64,000 bases of DNA, from positions 62,001 to 126,000 of the forward strand of contig NMRA01000704.1 of NCBI GenBank assembly GCA_002633005.1. Direction: 5' to 3'. Below, one piece after another: positions 30,839 to 45,497 of the stretch (position 1 is its first letter; each line of letters opens with the position of its first letter). The notes beneath the pieces are model-generated. The model made no database searches. It was given only the letters and a program-made list of their open reading frames with translations, and was not told where the DNA came from. The stretch is from Phoronis australis (taxonomy: Eukaryota; Animalia; Phoronida). The translations under genes and the position numbers were made by a program.

Positions 30839-33800
30839 CAAATCGCTGTCACTGTTTAACTGCACGTCGACGTTTCTGCTAAAGGACTGACCCTCGTGCA
30901 GGTCTAGGAGGCAGACCACCAACCAACTAACCATCCCATTGATCTGAATGGTCAGAAATGGTGCATCGGACGGGACTATGCGTCCCGGCTATTCGTTATC
31001 GCCGATGTTCTTTTCTCTGAGGACTTATCTATTTATTCACGTGTTGTGAACCTGTTGTCAAGTGGCTGCGATTCAAGGCATCGTGTGATAACGGGCAATG
31101 TGCTGACCTGCGCATTTGTCTCATACCATTTCATTGCGTCAGTTAATCAAGGTTGTGTTTTGAACGGTTGACGCGTGCTGCAAACTGCAGCCAGCCAACA
31201 TCCACNAATTTTGCAGAGAGATGCTCAATTTGAGAATTCAAAGCCATGACAAATCGCTGTCACTGTTTAACTGCACGTCGACGTTTCTGCTAAAGGACTG
31301 ACCCTCGTGCAAGTCTAGGAGGCAGACCACCAACCAACTAACCATCCCATTGATCTGAATGGTCAGAAATGGTTGCATCGGACGGGACTATGCGTCCCGG
31401 CTATTCGTTATCGCCGATGTTCTTTTCTCTGAGGACTTATCTATTTATTCACGTGTTGTGAACCTGTTGTCAAGTGGCTGCGATTCAAGGCATCGTGTGA
31501 TAACGGGCAATGTGCTGACCTGCGCATTTGTCTCATACCATTTCATTGCGTCAGTTAATCAAGGTTGTGTTTTGAACGGTTGACGCGTGCTGCAAACTGC
31601 AGCCAGCCAACATCCACGTTCACCTGGTCATATGCATCGTCTCTGATTCTCAGGGACCTTCCGTCAGGATTTGTCTCACAAGATTGCATGATATATTCAT
31701 TGTCAATGCGTATTTTCTCTTTATTTTTTGTAAAATGCTTCTATTAGGTCAAAGTTTGCATCAAGTTCCATTTCCCTTTCTCTATCTTTGTTTGCTCTCC
31801 ATGGACCCACAGCAAGCTGCTTCATGTGATCTATCTAGTCAAAATGCCTTTTAGGCTTGAAGCCATTGATAAAATTTTAAGATATTCAAAACAATCATGG
31901 TTCATTTTGGCCGCAGTGTGAATTTCTGTGTTGTTGTGATTGCACGGATGGACAACTTGTTTAAATTTCTCTCTAAATTTGCATTGTTGCCTCTGTATGG
32001 GTTTTATAATGGTTTGGTGAACCAAGTTCCCCCATTCTGAGTTTCAAATGAACAAGGTCACATTTTGTAGCATTTTGAATGTTCACCTGCAGATTCTAAA
32101 GTTCAGGGTAGTCAAATTAGTGTGCTGTGTTCAACATTGTTGTCTGGAATACAGCGTAGCTTTGCATTTAGGAAATCATGAAAATTCCTGTTGTGTATTT
32201 TTTCCTTTTGGATATTGGGCAGCCGACCAATCAAACTGTAACATATGAGTTATATACTGCCAATCAATTGGCCTGTCATAGTAAAAAATAGTTTGTATTC
32301 TTATAAGTAGGAATGATGAATTGTGTGTAAAATTTTGAAATGCACCTCTGTTTTTTATGATAATTTATATTTAATAGATATGTAAATGTCGTTGAAGATT
32401 ACATATATGTGTATGTCTTTATGTAAGTATATTGAAGGGGAATCACTCATAGTAACTGAATATTAATGAATAGGCATGTTTTTAAATCAAGACGTTTGAT
32501 ATTGTGAGTGAATGTCTTCAGGTAATCCATTGCATGAATGTTTTTTAGCCTTTAATTACCACTGTTTTTACCGGCTATTTTCGGTGGCATTTTAAACAAA
32601 GAGTATAAAGAGTTGTTTTGAACCGTCTGTTCAAGTCACATTTCGCCCTGTTTAGCTACCTAAAAATCAGATGTATGCATTGCGCCTTTTACTCTCATAA
32701 AATCCGTGTCAAAATATTCTATAGTGTGAGAGTGTTCTCTGTCTGTTAACATCAAGGACGTCGAAACCATTGGCGACTCAGAGTTCATTAGGATTGGCCA
32801 ATACTTAATTTGTAGATTCAAAATTTGTGCTTGTATGCATCGTCTGTGGCTTATTCATTAACAATTCACAGTCAGACAAGCATGATAAGATTTTTAAACC
32901 CTATCGCTTTGGTTAAGAATTCACCACTGATACCTGGAGCAGTGGCGAAATGTGGCTGTAACTGTTTGTTGTTGCATTCTGTGTACATTCATACTCTTTT
33001 TTGGCTGGGTTAAGCCGGAACTCTTTCTGATGTCTAAGCTAGCACGGATGTACTGAAATTGGTTGAGGCCAAGGAAAAATCTCTTTTAAGTGTGTAGATC
33101 ATAGGTGACATTTTGATTGAAATGTGAGCCCTGGATTTTTGGTCATTGCCAGCTGTGCTTACTGAAGTAAAATTGGTGCTTCGTAAATGGAACAATTGGG
33201 TGCAATGAAATAGTTATGTTTAGTGTAGTTAGCCCAAGTGATATTCAATTTGTTGTGCGTGATGGTCGAGTTTATCGACTCGTTCTCCAGTTCTCTTCCT
33301 AAAATCACTGCCTGCATGCTGTCAGTGGGAGACTGTCAGACAACAGTAGCAGCAGGTTACATGGGACCAGTGACTCTTTATCACCTCTTGGCTGATGCAG
33401 AAGGTAACTCTTCCCATGGGATGGCATAGAAGAACATCTTGACTTTGAGAAAAGAAAACTTTCACAGTCTATGTTATTATATGTGACGCGCTTTAAACAA
33501 AAGTTAGGTAAATTGCTTCCTCAACCTCGAGAGTCCAGTAATGTCAAGTTCCATGTGACCAGTTGCCATGTTGCTACTTGTTAAGTCTCCTATTGGACAG
33601 CCTGGAACTGTTGCAGACACTTTTGCCAGAGTGTTGTATGCTCAATGTCCGTTTTGTGTTTTTGTATGTTTAGATAACCGCATGGGATTATTGTGAAGAG
33701 AGACATGCGTTGCATATTTTGGTCACCCATCTTGGTGATATGGAAAGTGCCAATGATTAAGGCCGAAAAATTTGCCGGCAGGGCCGGTTTGATATACACC

Positions 33801-34937
33801 ACTTTGCTTTGAAGAGGACTTTTTGTTCAGCCTGCCTTGTAAAGTTGCTTTGCCCATTTATGCAAATTGTCCTGGACAGTAATTAGAGCTGTAATATGTT
33901 TTGGCCGAGTAAAAATCTATAACGATTGAAAAAAGTTTTTCAATCCAGTGCATTCAAGACTGCTGCATTCCTTTCTCATGTCCAGGGATGAAATTGGAAC
34001 AATGACGTCAGTGGGTGCAGATTCACGTTTATGTTTTAGACACTTTTCTTAATCAACCAATTCTCATTCCATTCAAAATTACTCACACTATCTCTGTTCC
34101 AATACAAGTTGTGTTATATGTTATGAAACACGTTGTTGGATCTCTGACTTTGTGGAAGGTGCCAGTGAGCGCAAGTTAGAGAAATAACAATGTGCCACTC
34201 CTGACAATCTTGGTAATACACCTACTGACATTTCTTGTCAGTACTGACCACAACTTGTCTGGCTGTATAACATGAACTTGGTCAAAATGTTATAACTGCT
34301 ACCTGTATAAAGGTGTTTTCTGTCAACAATATAGTTTCGATTTCACTTAAATCAAACGTTGGGATTTGACAGAGGGAGATTTAATTGCAGTTGGTTGTTA
34401 TTTTTGAGATGATCCACACTGGATTTCTCCTATGTTAACATAATGCATTTTGAGCACATCTTGGTGGTGAACAAACTTTTGGTCAACTTGATTGAAGTTT
34501 GGTTTAGTTGCATAGACTGGGCCAAGTGGGTTTAGATTGAACTCCATGTTATCAAGTCTGGTTTGTTATGTACTGTGTATAAATGTTGTTGATCTCTGTG
34601 GTCAGCGTAGTTCAATCTGGCGCCATCGTTGCATACTTTCCCTTGCAAGCTGTTCCTTGATGTACTTCCAGTGGCATTTGTTCCGCGATAGTGCACCTGT
34701 ACGTAGATCGTGCAGCGTGCGGAAGACGTTTTGTGCTTATGTTATACCTTTTATGACTTACTGGCTCTCTCCGTCAGAAGTCGTTTCATTTTACCTTTCA
34801 TCTTGCCTGCTTAAGTAGAATCCCCGACACAAAAGAAAGTTGATTCCCGCGCCAGAAATAAGAAACTGTGCCTCGTTATTTCCTGCAGAAAATCGACTGG
34901 GAGCACTCAAACTGGCTTGTGCTGTTGGATAGAACTG

Positions 34938-36027
34938 GGCTGCGTCCGTAGATATTATTCAAGGGCCAGCGCAGACGAAGAGCCACGCGTCTCCTATGAA
35001 AATTAGCGCAGCCCATACACGTAGCTCACGTAGTCTATGGGCAATTACTAATTTTTCGCCTTGGCTTTGGATTTTAGTCTGCTCCCGATCAGGATACGGA
35101 TTTTTGTTTTTGCTTCAAGTTGTAGACCAATTTTCTAACTTGGCCTTAGCTAATATCGTAGACTGGGTTTCAGTCAAAAGACAATAGACTCTTCTAGAAG
35201 CAGTACCGAGGTCTGTCGCCAAATGAACTGAAAATGTAACTCGCACGGCAGTGAGACCAATGTCTCACTTGGTGAAGTTCATTTACCCAGCGAGTGTAAA
35301 TCCGCGTATTTTACGGGTGAGTGTTGGATCCAAAATGAACCAATCATCTGCTACCAATATATGGCTTGCTAGCTCGGCATTGCAACCGTGTTTGCTTCCC
35401 GAATTCCACGGCACTCCTGAAGTCGGTTAATGGACCTGCAAACCCTGGACACTGACCAGTACTCGCAAGACACAGCTTACGCACCCGAAAGGCTCGGCTG
35501 GTGTATCGGGACTCGGCTTGTGAACTTATCGCTGAATCGTAGTCGTGTGAATTAGTGAGCCGTGGTTTTTTGGGTGTGCAAGCCGTGCTCATGAGTCGGT
35601 GCACTAAGTTCACAGGTCCGCTAGGGGTATTCACGAGTTGTTGTGGCGTGTTGTTTAGGTTAATACCTGTATTACAGTTACGCTGATGACTAAAAAACCG
35701 TAGATTGCAGGTCTGTGAGCATCTTTATTCTTACCTCAGTCGCCGCGTGCGGGTATAGTGCCACTTGAGGCAGATGGCTGAGATCGCTGCGCTCGGTCTG
35801 CGGTAGCCCTAGGACACTCGGGACTATATAGCGTGATCATGTCCTTCGTACAGTGCATGGCGATATCTTGCCTGATATCGCTTTTCTCACTAGAAACCTG
35901 ACCTACAGAATGATGTCCTGCACAATTTCGTTGCGCTAACGCAAGGAACTCTAGAAAACGCAACATTTCGCGAGATTTGATGATATTAGCTCAACTGGTG
36001 AATTTCTTGCATCTACCGAACGCAGCC
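34938..36027. mobile_element. Harbinger-like non-autonomous element in the putative 3' UTR
   Basis: TIR ggctgcgtccgtagat / atctaccgaacgcagcc with ctg/cag flanks; related ends near 36789 and 37197-37577. Confidence 0.55.
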
Positions 36028-36358
36028 CAGGCCTCCAGTACTGTCTTCCTCCACTTTATCTGTTGTGATCCGTGGGTTGTTTAGTCTTACATTTTGTAGT
36101 AAAAGACTATTTCGGCTGATTAAGCCGAGGTTCTCTTACCAACTATATTTTAGCGAAATATAGGGAAGTGTCTGGTTTTGACGACATGGTTGTTGAGTTT
36201 CGAGGGCCGGGAAAGTTAGTCACACGAGCCTAGGTAGTTGAGATTCCACTCTTCTGTCAAACAACTATTCTTAATTCGGTCGTGCATTATTCTTAAGCTC
36301 GTCCAAAAGCCTCGTGTCTTGTTTTACTTGAGCCAAGTGTGTGGCCGTGACCCCTGGT

Positions 36359-36660
36359 CATGGGTGGCGCACCATATGGGCTGGGGGCTATAGCCCCTAC
36401 TTTTTTCAGTGCTGTACCGCCCATGGTCTATAGGCGGCCCACCACAGGGGGGCTCAGTGGCGGATTTAGAGGGAGCCATGCCCCTCCCAAAAAAATTCGA
36501 TCTCTCAGATTCCATATGGCAGTTCGGGTGCGAATGTCTCGTGGGCAACATCCTGGCTAATACTCTGCCCTGGCACCCCTAACTCAAAATCCTGAATCAT
36601 CCCCTGGGCTGGGGGGGGGGAGCTTTAGCAGCCCTCTTTTTCTGTTCTGCGCCGCCCATG
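36359..36660. mobile_element. GC-rich MITE with a nested second MITE (36455-36606)
   Basis: Outer ends catgggtggcgca / tgcgccgcccatg; inner ends cagtggcggattta / tgaatcatcccctg flanked by a duplicated ggct. Confidence 0.65.
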
Positions 36661-39116
36661 CGGTGATGGCACGAATGGGACACTCCCCTGTAAAGCTAGT
36701 GTGGTCACCTGCTTCGGTTGTAACGCTTGACGATATCTCGCTAATGTTTCTCTGTTGTCGCTTCGTTTAGTAAGAAACTCGCATTACAGAACGCAGCCCT
36801 GTCCTTTCTGCAGGCTTCGAATGTTGCTTTGCCTATCTAATTCTGCCTGCAACCGCAGTAGGCGCGATTGGCATGACCGTGTGTCTAGGATGTAGTGAAG
36901 TTACCCCACATTTTTCTGAAAGAATTCCGTAAGTGGATATATGTCTTCTTCACCCTTTGCTTATTACGTCACTCATTTTAAAGATTTTCTGCTTACCCTT
37001 GATTGCTCGTGCTCGTGTCAACACTTAGGCTTTGCATGTCTTGCTTCTTGATTATTTTCAATCATGTATGGTCATCCGCACAGGCCCTTTTCCGCAAAAA
37101 TTTGGCCCGAGTTCTGCAGACGCTAGAATCTCGCGAAGGAAGCTTGTAAATGCGTGACGAAGTCACGAATTCTTGCCAATACGCAAGGCACGCTTGGGCT
37201 GCGTTCCGTTGACCCTAGACATTAGTTTGCTTTCAGGGAAAAGTTTCGCTTAATTGAACGAAAGTTGTGAATTCTACCCACAATTTATGAATTTTATACG
37301 ATGATTCAACACTTGTACCTCACGTACCAATCACTTTAGTGTCCTCCATTTTGGTAGGACACGGTAGAAGGGTCAGTCCCGGGCATAGTCGCGAAACACC
37401 CGCCTTTCACTCGTGGCATTTCGCTAGGTCTGACGAGATCTTGCTTTTGTCCTTAGTAACTTGTTCTGTGGAACGTTCTCGGGCTCTAGAGCTTACCCGC
37501 GGCGAAACTCTTGCCTTCAGCTCGCGGGGTTTGCCGTGATGTCCCTTTTCTCGCAAGAAACTTGGTCTACGGAACACTACTCGTGTTTGCGTTCCGCAAT
37601 TCGAGCAAGTGAAAGATGAGTATACTCGAAGCTTAACTATCGCAACTTACTTAAACGGCGTTTACTAACGTGATTGGTCGATGTGGTTAGAATGTTGAAT
37701 CGCGAAATAGAATTCATGAATTATGGGATAGATTTCACGGTTTCCATTCCAGGCGAGGATTCCTTGGTACAATTGCGTGGCTAATGCCTCGGGTTTACTT
37801 AAGGCATGAATCTCGCCAAAACTAGAGCAAGGTCGTGAAAAATCACTAGTTAAAGGCTGGTGTGTCAGTGACTTTGGTATGTTAAATTATGTTTTCGTTC
37901 CACAAATGAAGATTTGTCGCCGCAAGTGCTTTGCAAGTGTTTTGCGTCTGCGTATCAAAGCCCTTCCTTTCCTTTCGTAGGGACACGAGACACTCGCGAG
38001 AAAACGTATTGTGACCGTACATGGGGACATCTCTCTAAAAGCTCCGCGATCTTGCGTTTTCGCGATTCACTGTTGTCCATATGATTCATAGGCGGTCGAG
38101 GTAACCAGTCACGTGCTGTCTCTGCCTGTCAAACACTCGCCTGCTTCAATTCTATTCCCGCCAAAATTGATGAAGTGACCATTTGCTGTGTTTTTGCCAG
38201 TACAGAAGTAGAGAATATTTCAAATCAAACGACCGTGCGCATCCGTTGCAAGCGACTTCGCCTCATGGGAAATGTAGGAAATTGGTTTTCTAAGCGCGTA
38301 GTTAGCAAACGATCATCAGTACTGTCCCATATTTCAGTTGCCAGTTGTGATACTTTCTGCCAATGTGAGTCAATCGTCGGCCAGTGGGGTGCTGATATTC
38401 TTTGTTGGAGTATAGTCTTTCGGGGGTATACAATGTATTTCGAACAGACCATGTTAAAAAGGCATTTCCCTCCTGCCTGCTATAAAACATGGAACTCACG
38501 AAGTAGGCAAATTACCAGTAACTGGTCTAGAACTTATCCTTACCATGACACCTTCAAAAAAATCTCCAAAGAGTGCCAGAGTTGGATGAGTGGCAGTGGG
38601 TTGGCCAACCCCGGCAAAATTAATGGCGTTTTGACACTCGTTTTACATGTCAGTGCCCTGTTGTGACATCAAGCCCATTGTGTGACATGGTATTGCTAGG
38701 TCGAGACAAATGTTTGGTAGAATAGCCTAGTTTGTTATTTCCCTTGAGGTACTGTGTATGGGGTATGAGGGTCCCACTTCAGTTTGTTGAGTTTGTTTTT
38801 GTCTATTTTGCTCATGCTATCGCCACCAGGAAAAACAGGAATGATTTGTTTATTTCGTGACTAGTAAATTAATTATGCTGCAGTGCCCACGTTCACTTGG
38901 TGGTGAAGTTTTCCAAGATTCCCGCCTTCTGGGCTTGTCGAGAACTGCGCCATCTTTGGGTTGATGCCTGAACTGGTGTAATGAAAAGTTACTTGTGATC
39001 AATTCTTCATTCTTATATGACTATATTTTTATATTGTCTTATTACAGTTTCTCGATGTTTACGTGTGCACTAGTCGGAGACCTACCATGGTTTAATACTA
39101 CATAGAAATGTAATGA

Positions 39117-39160
39117 AATAAATACATTAAAATAGCAAGCGTCTTGTTTTTTTATTTCTG
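39117..39160 (+). terminator. Candidate polyadenylation signal of GRK transcript
   Basis: AATAAA (39117-39122) and ATTAAA (39126-39131) followed by a GT/T-rich tract (gtcttgtttttttatttct). Confidence 0.5.
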
Positions 39161-40304
39161 GGGGTAGGAAATGGCTATTTAAGTATTTGCTTGGTGAGTA
39201 TCGAAATACGACCCTATTTTAATCGTCGTTGCAAAAATGGCGATTAAGTTGCCAACGTTATTTCGTCACCGGAGTGCTGAAAGTTATGGCCACCTGCTTG
39301 GGCTGGCTTTGTTTATTGTTATTAACGGAGATCGGAATGTTTTGGCTTGGTGGAGAGCGTTATAAAAACGCTTAAAAATCGTGACATTCACACTTTGTTG
39401 TGAGATGTATTGTCGCCCTTTGCACGTATCGTCCGGACGATAATACAAGTACGCTTTTATGGCTTATGAATGAATTAATTTATTATAGTGACATGTGTTA
39501 ATCAGGTTTAAATGATAAATGCAATATTTGAAAAATAACACTCAACCCATTGGGCTTATAAATCACTGTTATCAATTAAACAAGTATACATCGCCTACCA
39601 TTCAAAAATGCATTAGGCGTAAAAACAGAGAGCTCTGAGCAGATTAACCATTAAAAGTTACTTAATTATCTACATCAGAAAAAAAATGTTAGAGAAGATG
39701 TTAGCTACATTATAAAGTGTTATTCGAAAATCGCTCTGTAGAGTACAGTGCCACACGAAGCTCATCTTTTACATCATCGAGATTACACAATAAGCATATA
39801 GGCTCAATAATCATGCTTCTCCCATCGCCGTAGGCCTATATCTCATGTGTAAGAGAACAAATCAAAACTGACAAAATATAGACCTCCTGACTCTTGGTAA
39901 ACAGCATTGTATATAGTCATCAGTTTTCTAATTTTGCTCAAATAACACGTAAGCTCTCATTTTTATTTTTTCCTAACACCTTCCCTCCAATCTTCTTGAA
40001 AAATATCGAACAGGATTGAAATCGGGGATTCTATGTCACAAAATGACTTCGAAGCAAACTCATTATTCCTATTTTCAGGAGGACATTCCTTCTGTTATTG
40101 CGTCACATATTGAAAGTATTCTGTATTTCTGCTTCCTACCACACTAACATATTATATTCTTTTTTCTGGTAATGCGCTGGCAATCCAAGCTAATAAGCCT
40201 ATTCTAAAGTCGTAGCATGCACACGGAAGCGATTAAACCATGCAGGGAGCCATCCTAAATATACCCTCCCATGGGAAAATTGTCGTAAAGCAACCAACCC
40301 CTTT

Positions 40305-40561
40305 CACGCGCGCACCCAGCCGAAACAATGGGGGGCTCGAATTTTTGAGAATGTGGACTTTTTGTTAAAAAACGGGGTAGGTTCAGAGCTATGAATTGTG
40401 CATTCGTCAGCATTTGGCAGATCCCGCCTTTTTAGTCGGCTTTTGTCTCGTTTACTACTTTTTCGGACTTTTCGTTTCTCTTAGGCGGACCTTTTTGCCA
40501 AATTCGCCAAATGGGGGGAGCTCATTTGAGCCCCTCCCCCCCCCCCCTGAGCGCGCGCATG
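40305..40561. mobile_element. GC-rich MITE
   Basis: TIR cacgcgcgcacccag / ctgagcgcgcgcatg; its left end matches the reverse complement of ~5474-5536. Confidence 0.6.
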
Positions 40562-42079
40562 CATTTCATTTCACTTAATTCCCAAATGCCAGCACCATAT
40601 ACTCCATGGCAGAAGAACCGCCATTGTATACTTGGTGTTGAAAGCATTATATCCAACATCCTTCACAGATGTGAACATCGAGATCCGCACTAAGTGCTCA
40701 GTCACACATTGGTGGCACCCACGTAGTCCCTTTTTTCTACGTCGATGTCGTCCTTCTGCCGGCGCTCCATCAAACCAGCGTTCTATGAATATACGGTTCA
40801 ACTCATAGAAAACAGCTGACTCCGTGTGTTAATGGAAGTTTGGAAATTTGCTAATGTTTGACTTTCACCAGTTCTTCAGAGCATGGCAAATACTTACAAA
40901 GACTTTACAAATGCTTTCACTTGAATCACTCGAGACGAATAGTTTACTGTTCGTTATAGATAGGTGCCTAGGGATTAATTATTTGGTTCTGTAGTCAACC
41001 AAATCAAATTGGATATTGCGCTCGTACCATTCGTATGGCAATACCATTGCGTTTAATTGTGATAGCTATGCCAAAACAAATTGGTATTAATTACTCATGA
41101 TTTCCTGAAATGCAAACATACAGGCAAACAACCAACCAGTCATGCGTAGGCGTATTACCGGAACATTTCCGAGCACGACGTACCATCATTGCCTCGCACC
41201 TTTCTTAGAACTTACCACAACTATCGAAAAGAGTTCCATGTGAAGCAACATGTGACGTGTTTTCAAATATCTCCATTTCCGGTTGATTACGAACGTTATT
41301 TGCGAAGCGCATCAGGACGCTGATGGCTTAATGCCCTTGAGAAACTGAGAAAACTATAGGATAGCCATAGGTTTCGCACCATTTCGAAGTTAATCTCTAG
41401 TCAAATACGCGAATTAGATGTACATGTACTCAACAAGCAACGTGGCATTGAACTAAAGTGTAAATGTTTAGGGATTAAAACTCAAAGAATTTTGCGCTAT
41501 GTTTTCCTAGGAATAACTCAAATATCTATCGCGAGATAAATAGGTCATTCCACTGTTTCATTGGACAAAGTTCCGACGCAAAAACGCGACTAAATATCCA
41601 TTCCATTTCTATTTCGGCAAGTTCTCGACACAATCTCAACAGGTGTCGCTCCACGCATTTAATCTGCCAAAACTTGCCTTGCAAGTCCATTTACAAATAA
41701 ACAATTCGCGGCTTGGCGCCTTTGTGGCAAGACGTTCGTCCAAGTCTGGCAGAATTTGCCTGAACTCTGTCGAATTCTGTTTACTTATTTGGACAACTAG
41801 TGTACATGCATGTATGTGACACGCTCTCAAATTCAAAAGTTCATCTTATTGCCTTTAAATTTATTTTCAACATAAACAATTAGAATGTTCAATAGAAGGA
41901 AACGCAGCGAAAAATATACAGCATTTTCTGAAAGCCGGTTCAAAAATATCTAACATAGTAGGTTCACAAAATTCCACAAAACTGTTCCAAAAATTTCAAA
42001 TTTTGCACTTTTTGAAATTTAAAGTCAAATAACTCAAAAACAGTAACTAGAGAAAATTTTTTCTATTCATTTAAAAGTA

Positions 42080-45000
42080 ATTGTTTAGGATACAAACACC
42101 AAAACAATCCGGCTGCAAGAAAACAAATTATCAGTCTGATGTCGCAGTTAAATTTGGTCGACCGTGGCGGTTACGTAACCCAAATACAACAAACTATACT
42201 TGGTTCAGAATTAACCCTTGTAAGCAAGTGCGTCTGGACTTTTTTCTAGTGTCCGACGAGTTTTCCTCGTGGATAGAAAATAGTGAAACGTCCCCAGGAT
42301 ATAGAACAGGATCATCATTGTGTCGTGACTACTATTCAGGCCTCTAAATTTGTAAGAGGTAAAGGCTATGGCGACTTAACAAATCCTTATTACGTGATGT
42401 AGAATATATCAGTAATGTGAAAGACATCATAGTTAAAACAGAGAAGGAATATTTATCTGCCGATAATGACTCCAATGTGTCAGGCGATCAGTCCACTATA
42501 GACTACTCTCTTCTTTTTGAGATGATTTTATTGAATATTAGAAATTATACTTTGTCTTATTCAGCTTTCAAGAAAAAAGAAACGCATCGACATGAAAATA
42601 ATTTAGAGGAGCAATTAAGTCTTCTTAGAGAAATGATGTGCAACAATAATTCTGCTCTGCTCCTTGAAATTTATTCAGATTTGCAGAAAGATTACGAATA
42701 TATTAGAAAGGACAAAGTGAAAGGCATGATGTTGAGATCTCGGGCAAAATAGATCGAGAATGGTGAAAAACCGTCCAAATATTTTAGTAACTTATAAAAA
42801 CGCAATTACGTGAACAAGAATGTCACAAACTTATAGACGAGACTGGACGAAGCTTGACAAACCAAAAAGCTATACTGTGTGCAATCGAAAAATTCTATGC
42901 AAATTTATATGCAGCCAAAGAAAATGACTCTCTCCAATATTAACTGGAGGACTTGGTGACCCCTGAAAATGTGTCGAAACTAGACGCCGACTTGAAAGAA
43001 AAACTAGAAGGACCAATAACATGTACTGAAGCTGCGGCTGTCCTTAAATGTATAAAAAATGACAAAACTCCGGGGACTGATGGTTTTCCTGTAGAGTTTT
43101 ACAATTTTTTTTGGAAAGAACTGTCGCCATTTTTGATCAAATCTTTTAATTACAATTTTCGAACCGGCCGTCAAGGTGTCATTACTTTGATTCCTAAGGG
43201 CAAGAAACGACGTGAATACATTAAAAATTGGAGGTCAATCTCCTTACTAAATTCAAGTTATAAACTATTATCAGCATGTATTGCACAAAGGATAAAATCT
43301 GTTTTAAATAAGTTAATTCATCCTAATCAAAGTGGGTTTCTCCCAGGTCGTTTTATCGGGGAGAACACCAGAGTGATTTATGACATCTTACAATATACTC
43401 AAGTTAAGGATATTCCCGGACTTCTGGTATTAATTGATTTTGAAAAAGCCTTTGATTCTGTATCCTGGGGATTTATTAAGAAAGTTCTACACTATTTCAA
43501 TTTTGGTGAAGATATTATTCGTTGGTTCACAATACTCAATGAAAGTGTCCAACCTTCGGTCATTCAGTATGGCTTTACGTCTAAGAACTTTAACATTTGC
43601 CGAGGTTGCAGACAAGGGGATCCCTTTCACCTTATCTTTTTTGTTGTGTGCCGAAAATATGGCATCTATGTAGAGGCAATGCGAGAATGTTAAAGGCATA
43701 AAAGTAGGCTCTTTAGAATATAAATTAATACAATATTCAGACGACACGGTCCTCTTTCTAGATGGTTCAGAGATGAGAGATCTCTTTAAAATCGTCACTT
43801 AACCTTCTTGATCAGTTTGCTAAGTATTCTGGTTTGATACCCAATATCGATAAAACTGTTTGTATATGGATTGGTTCTAAAATATGTTGTGATGATAAGC
43901 TTTGCTGTGAAAAAGATTTAAAATGGGCAAGTTCCCAGTTCACATCTCTTGGAATTCCCTTGTCTGTCAACTTACAGGACATGATTCACTTAAACTACGA
44001 TGTAAAATTAAACGAGGTTAGAAAAGGCATTGGAAATTGGTCAAAAAGAAATTTATCTACCTTTGGTAAGATAACGGTTGTCAAATCTTTTTTTATTACC
44101 AAAACTGATTCACATCTTTTACACACTTCCTCTTCCAAGTGCTACTTTTTTAAGGACATTGAAAAAATATTTTTAATTGTATATGGGGTACCTCTTCTGA
44201 TAGAATCTCTAGAATAACCATGGTAAAGAAATCTGAAGATGGAGGTGGGAATATGGTCCATATTGCGTCATTTGTCAAAGCTATTAAACTGACTTGGATT
44301 CGAAGATTCTTCAAAAATTATTATAACAAAACTTCTCCTTGGCTAAATATTTTATGTGAAATTGTTCCTAATATAAAGATGACTCTTCAGTTAGGTTCTT
44401 GTTTTTCCTTGAAGTATCTAACCTTACTAAGAACATTTTTGGAAGGATATTTTTATATCTTATACGAATTGATCAATCTGCGTGAGATAGATGACCCTTT
44501 GTACCAACCTTTATGGTATAACCTCAGAATCTGTATAGACAGTAGTCCAATTTTAGGGAACGAGTGGTTTCAAAAGGGTATACGGTACGTATACAATTTA
44601 ATTGACCCTGTTAAAGGATATATTTATGATTATCATACCTTTTGTACACGTTTTCAATTTTGTCCTTGTATTACTCATTTTTATGGAATTCGAAGTTCAA
44701 TACTTCGTTCTTGGAATCATCTAAGAGACAAGAGTACTATACTCACTCCACTTTTTCCAGAACATATTTTTCGAATCTCCTCGGAAAATAAAGGGACGGG
44801 GAAAATCTATGAATTATTCATTTCCAAATTGTATGTAAAACCTGTCGCGGATTTGAAGTGGGAGAGAGAAATTAACTGATGCAATGATACTCAATCTTGG
44901 AAAAAAATTCATTCTGTAATTTATCATTGTTCTTCCGATGTCAGACTCAGATGGTTTCAATTCCGTATCAACCACAGACTTATTGGTACAAACCCTTATT

Positions 45001-45497
45001 TAAACAAAATAGGTGTTAGTGAATCGTCTTTATGTTCTTTCTGTGAGCAACATGAAGAAACAATTCTACATTTGTATTGGGAATGTTCACTTGTTCAGAA
45101 GTTTTGGGGATGTTTAAAAACATGGATGATAAAACAGTGCAATTTCCCTCTGCAGTTAAATATGTCTTCCGCCTTGTTTGGAGACCCAGCCTGTAGATTA
45201 GAAGTTGTAAATTTAATTCTTTGCTTAGCGAAATTTCATTTATATAGGCAAAGACTGCAAAAGGCTGAGCCCAATTTTCAGTCATTTTTACTACAACCTG
45301 GAAAAATTATGTACAATGATAAATTGGATCTTGAGAGATTCCAGGCAAGGTGGTCTTCTTTTTTGCCTAACTAGTTTTTATAGGGTCCGATAATGTTCGT
45401 AATTTGCTTGATATACAATTAACTAGATTTCATATTGCTGCACAACTATGCACTGATTGGCTGAACTAATAAATGTTTCAAAAAAATAATGAAAAAA
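42080..45497 (+). mobile_element. 5'-truncated, decayed Tx1/L1-clade LINE (ORF2 pseudogene)
   Basis: Endonuclease C-terminus (NNPAARKQI..LVD, WRLRNP..YTW..RLDFFLVS); RT motifs KTPGTDGFPVEFY, NWRSISLLN, DFEKAFDSV, GCRQGDP, QYSDD; C-terminal CSFC..ETILHLYWEC knuckle; AATAAA at 45468 and A-rich tail; many stops and frameshifts. Confidence 0.93.

Noticed and set aside
38175-38666. 163-aa ORF and other 60-160 aa ORFs in the track
   Set aside because: No recognisable domain or splice support; consistent with chance ORFs in UTR, intron or repeat DNA.
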